This document shows, one piece after another, positions 59,785-64,000 of a stretch of 64,000 nucleotides of DNA; the first letter of the stretch is position 1, and the number at the start of each line of letters is the position of its first letter. The notes beneath the pieces are model-generated. The model was not told the origin of the DNA. It did not search any database and saw nothing but the letters and a program-made list of their open reading frames with translations. A program made the translations under genes and the position numbers. Source of the stretch: the human T2T-CHM13v2.0 reference genome, Homo sapiens; the NCBI RefSeq assembly GCF_009914755.1, contig NC_060939.1; one strand, given 5' to 3'.

Positions 59785-61940
59785 TTTTTTTAAATTTATT
59801 TCGGAAAAAAATCAAACCTAGAGAAAAGTTACAAGAATAGTACAATGAACTCCCATTTATATCTGCCGCAGATTCACCAGTTGTTACCATGTACCACATT
59901 TGCTTTGTCGTTCTTGCTCTCTTTTTATATTTGCAGAGTGGGTACAAAGTCTGGAAACAGAGATTATTATTTTATTTACAGATTGAAACTCCTTGATTAC
60001 ATCTTCTGCCTAGAGCAGCTATTACCAGCCTTTTTGGCACCAGGGACCAGTTTCGTGGAAGACAATTTTTCCATGAATGGTGGGGGGAGGGGATGGTTTC
60101 AAAATGATTCAAGCACATTACATTTATTGTACACTTTATTTTCCATTATTATTACATTGTAATATGTGATGAAATACTTATACAACTCACCATAATGTAG
60201 AATCAGTGGGAGCCCAGAGCTTGTTTTCCTGCTACTAGAGGGTCCCATCTTGGGGTGATGGGAGACAGTGACTGATGATCTCATCAGGCATTAGATTCTC
60301 ATAAGGAGTGCACAACCTAGATCCTTTGCATGTGTGGTTCACAGTGGGGTTTGTGCTTCTGTGATAATTAAGTGTTGCCGTTGATCTGACAGGAGGTGGA
60401 GCTCAGGTGGTAATGCAAGCGACGGGGAGCGGCTGTAAATACAGATGAAGGTTCACTCACTGGCATGCCGCTCATCTCTTGCTGTGTGGCCCCATTCCTA
60501 ACAGGCCATGGACTGGTACTGATCTATGGCCCCGGGGTGGGGACCTCTGGTCTAGAATATGTCAAAGATGCAAGTTTATTTAGTTAAAGTCAGTGGCAAA
60601 ACATCACAGGTATGATTAAATTCAGGTTATATACAGGGATAGATGGAAATGCTATGTTAATGCACTGTGTACATTTCTAACAAGGAAACCTGACATGTTA
60701 TTATCATTAACATATCAGGCATTGTTATATAATATCAAGAATCCACTGTGTAGATCTTTTTCCTCATCTCCTTTTTTTCTCTTTTTTGTTCTCTTCCTAT
60801 TAAAATTATTTTTATTGTTGAACCATTTGAGAGGAGGTTGCACACATCAAGTTCCCTTACCCCTAAATACTTCAACTGATATCTCCTAATAAGGGCATAT
60901 TCTTACATTAGTATGGGGGATTCAAGAAATTTAATATTGATCTTATTGTTTAATGTACAGTTCATGTTGAAATTTTTCCCATAGTGTCAATAATATCCTT
61001 TAATATTTTTCCCATTCCAATATTATACAATGCATTTTAATTATATCCCTTGTATTGTTTAATCTGAAACAGTTCTTCAGCCTTTTTAATTTTTGGGTTT
61101 TGTAGAGTACAGACCCTTTGTTTTGTAGGATGTCCATCAGTTTGGATTTGTCCAGGTGCTTCTTTGTAATTAGATTCAGGTTTTGCATTTTTGGCAAAAA
61201 TCCCATGTAAGTGATGGTATATCCTCAGTGCATCACATCATGAGGCAGTACGGTGTCATTTTGACCATGTTGTTGATGTTTATTTGGACCACTTAGTTAA
61301 GGTTTTACCTGCTAGTTTTCTCTATTACAAAAGGTATCATAGTCCCCTTTGTTATTACTGAATAATCTGTTGGAGACACTTGGAGACTGAAAATTTCCTC
61401 CTCCAAACGCTTACAGAATGGTTTTAGCATTCATTGATTACTCTTGCCTGAATCACTTACTACACAGAATTGCAAAATAGTGTTTTTCTAACCATCGTTC
61501 CCTCTCCATTTATTAGTGGGCATTCTAGTCTGTTTTAAAGAAGACCTTGTCCTATTCATTTTGATATCAATATGATATAATGGATTCTTTTTTATTAAGT
61601 AGGTTGTTTTCTATTACCTGCCAGTATTCATTTTGATGTTCCAAATTAACCCACATTTGGTTAGTGGAAACTTCTTCACATTAACTCATTGGTTGTTTTA
61701 ACATGCCCCCATCATTTGTTGAGCACTTTCTTGCATTCGGGACCAGTAAGATATTCCAGGCTCATCTTATGGTCATCTCCTGCTGTTGTCCTGGAATCAG
61801 TCATTACATTATTTCAAGTTTTCCTTTATTGGGTAAGAGTATTTAGAAACCAGAAACCAGGCAGCAGGTATGCTATTGATATTGGAGTTTCATTGTTTTA
61901 GAGCCTTTTGGCTTATTAACCTGAGAAATTTTGAATTTAT
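59785..61940 (-). mobile_element. L1MC/ME-type 3' fragments hosting MER1A
   Basis: agaaaagttacaagaatagtacaatgaac; attagattcaggttttgcatttttggca. Confidence 0.65.
60016..60549 (+). mobile_element. MER1A (hAT-Charlie)
   Basis: cctttttggcaccagggaccagtttcgtggaagacaattttt...ggggacctctg; degenerate 8-bp TSD gcctagag/gtctagaa. Confidence 0.9.
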
Positions 61941-62373
61941 GCTGATTCCTCGGGCAGTAGTTTGTAATTTATCTTTATAGTCCCAAAACTCCTAGGAGAA
62001 ACTGTTTTCTTTGAAAGTGTTAACAATTTAAATAACTACTTTCACCGAATTCTTAATAATTCTACAGTGGTTGGGTCTTGTTTTCCAAAACATTTTAAAA
62101 CAGGAGTGTGAATCCTGTTTTATATCTTTTACTTACTCAGTGAGTATGTTCATAGTGTCTTGAGCGTGGTTGATTTGTCTCGAACAAGGTTGTTGTTTAT
62201 AATTATAATAATGACCCAACATTATTTTTATTACTTTCATATGATAATGAACTATTCCTGTATTTGTTATAATATTTTAGTTAATTTTGTGGAAACCTTT
62301 CTTTTAAGTGAAGTGTTGATTTTATATATTTTGTTTTTAATAACTGTTATTCTAGAAGAAACATAAACTTTAG

Positions 62374-62682
<309 letters not shown>

Positions 62683-63319
62683 ATAAACTTTAGTTTTTAA
62701 CTTAAAAATTTTAAAAGCCTAATTCCTGAAATTAAAGTATATAATTAATGAACATCAAAATGCCTAATGTTGGCGTTGCTGTTATACTGTTTCGTTCATT
62801 AGCAAGTAAAATAACCTTTCTGGGCATCACTTTAATTATACAATGATATGATAGCTAGATCCTTTTTAACTCTGTGTTACACACTGTATATGTAATTAAT
62901 GTTAAATTGTTTATGAAAGTGAAATTAAGTGCTATAAAGCATAGTGGAAGGAATATTATGCTTCTGATCCAGGAGTTATTGAGTTCAAATTCTTTGTAAC
63001 TATTGTGTTACTTTGGCTTATATATTTTGTTTTTAATAACTATTATTCTAGAAGAAACATAAAGATTTATTTCACAGTTTGAAATAACTGGTAACAACTG
63101 GTAACTTCATTACTTTATTCAGTCCACTGGGCTAGGTGCTGCGGAATACCAGTGAGCAAGGCTTGGCTTTCACGGTCAGGGGGGAGTATGGACATAGACG
63201 ATTTGTGCTTGATTTTGATGTGTAATAGATGTGTACGATGCAGAGTACACATCTGCAAGGGTAATTAACCTAGTTTCAGGAATGCCAGGAAAATAAGCTT
63301 TAATGTTGGACAGCTATAT

Positions 63320-64000
63320 AACCATAATGTAAATGCCAAAACCAGGAAAGTAATACTGGTATGATACTGTTTACCTTTTCACTATGAAAACCTTCTTTTG
63401 AATTTAATCAGTTTTTCTTCTAATGGTGTTTATCTGTTCTAAGTTCTAAGTTTCAATCCATAATCCCACATTGCATTTATTTGTTGTGTTTCTTTAGTCT
63501 CCTGAAATCTGTGATATTAACTCATTTTTTTTGTTGTCTTTATGATCTTGATGCTTTTTTGAAGAGTACTGGTCGTTACTTTGTAGAATGTCTTTCAATT
63601 TGGGTTTCTCTGATGCTTTCTTATGATTAATGTGGGATTATACATTTTTGGCAATATACCGAAGTAATGGTATCATATCAGGAGGTATGTTTATATCAGG
63701 GGCTACAGGATGTCACTGTCTTATTACTAATGACGTTAATCTTGTTCACTTAATTAAGGTAATATCTGCTGATCTCTCCTCTGTAAAGTCATAGTGTAGT
63801 TGATAAATATTTTGGGGGAGATACTTTGAGATTATGCTAATTTCTGTTTTTTCTTCCAACTTTCATCCATTCACTTCAGCATTCATTGCTGGAACTTATC
63901 TGTGATACCTACTACTGTAGTATTAACCTCATGGTGATTTTGTGATTTCCTTGTTCCTTTCTCATTTATTAAAATTCTTCAGTGAAGAAGTGTCCCTTCT
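63320..64000 (-). mobile_element. L1MC-type 3' fragment
   Basis: Same motifs as 45.5-46.4 kb. Confidence 0.65.

Overview
Primate (human-like) genomic DNA, mostly interspersed repeats: about 26 Alu/FLAM copies, nested L1s, L2, MIR, MaLR/ERVL LTRs and hAT elements. I find no credible protein-coding exon. The ORFs in the track derive from Alu, L1, microsatellites, the CpG island or a pseudogene. The main functional landmark is a CpG-island promoter at ~50.75-52.7 kb. It has a perfect NRF1 site (TGCGCACGCGCA) 37 bp upstream of a perfect MEF2 site (CTAAAAATAG), followed by a non-coding first exon ending at 51841. From memory of the promoter architecture and 5'UTR sequence I recognise this as the 5' end of MEF2A (+ strand, human 15q26.3); this was not checked by a search. 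The rest of the window is intron 1. Upstream lie a full-length processed RPL7 pseudogene with target-site duplications, a deeply nested L1 cluster (6-21.5 kb) containing a 5'-inverted (twin-primed) L1, an unexplained ~1.8 kb insert that may be an unannotated retrocopy, splice signals that could define a + strand lncRNA, two complex microsatellites and several templated-insertion/palindrome scars. I did not find a convincing novel biological system, and the findings are testable hypotheses. Repeat subfamily names and boundaries of old elements are by-eye estimates.
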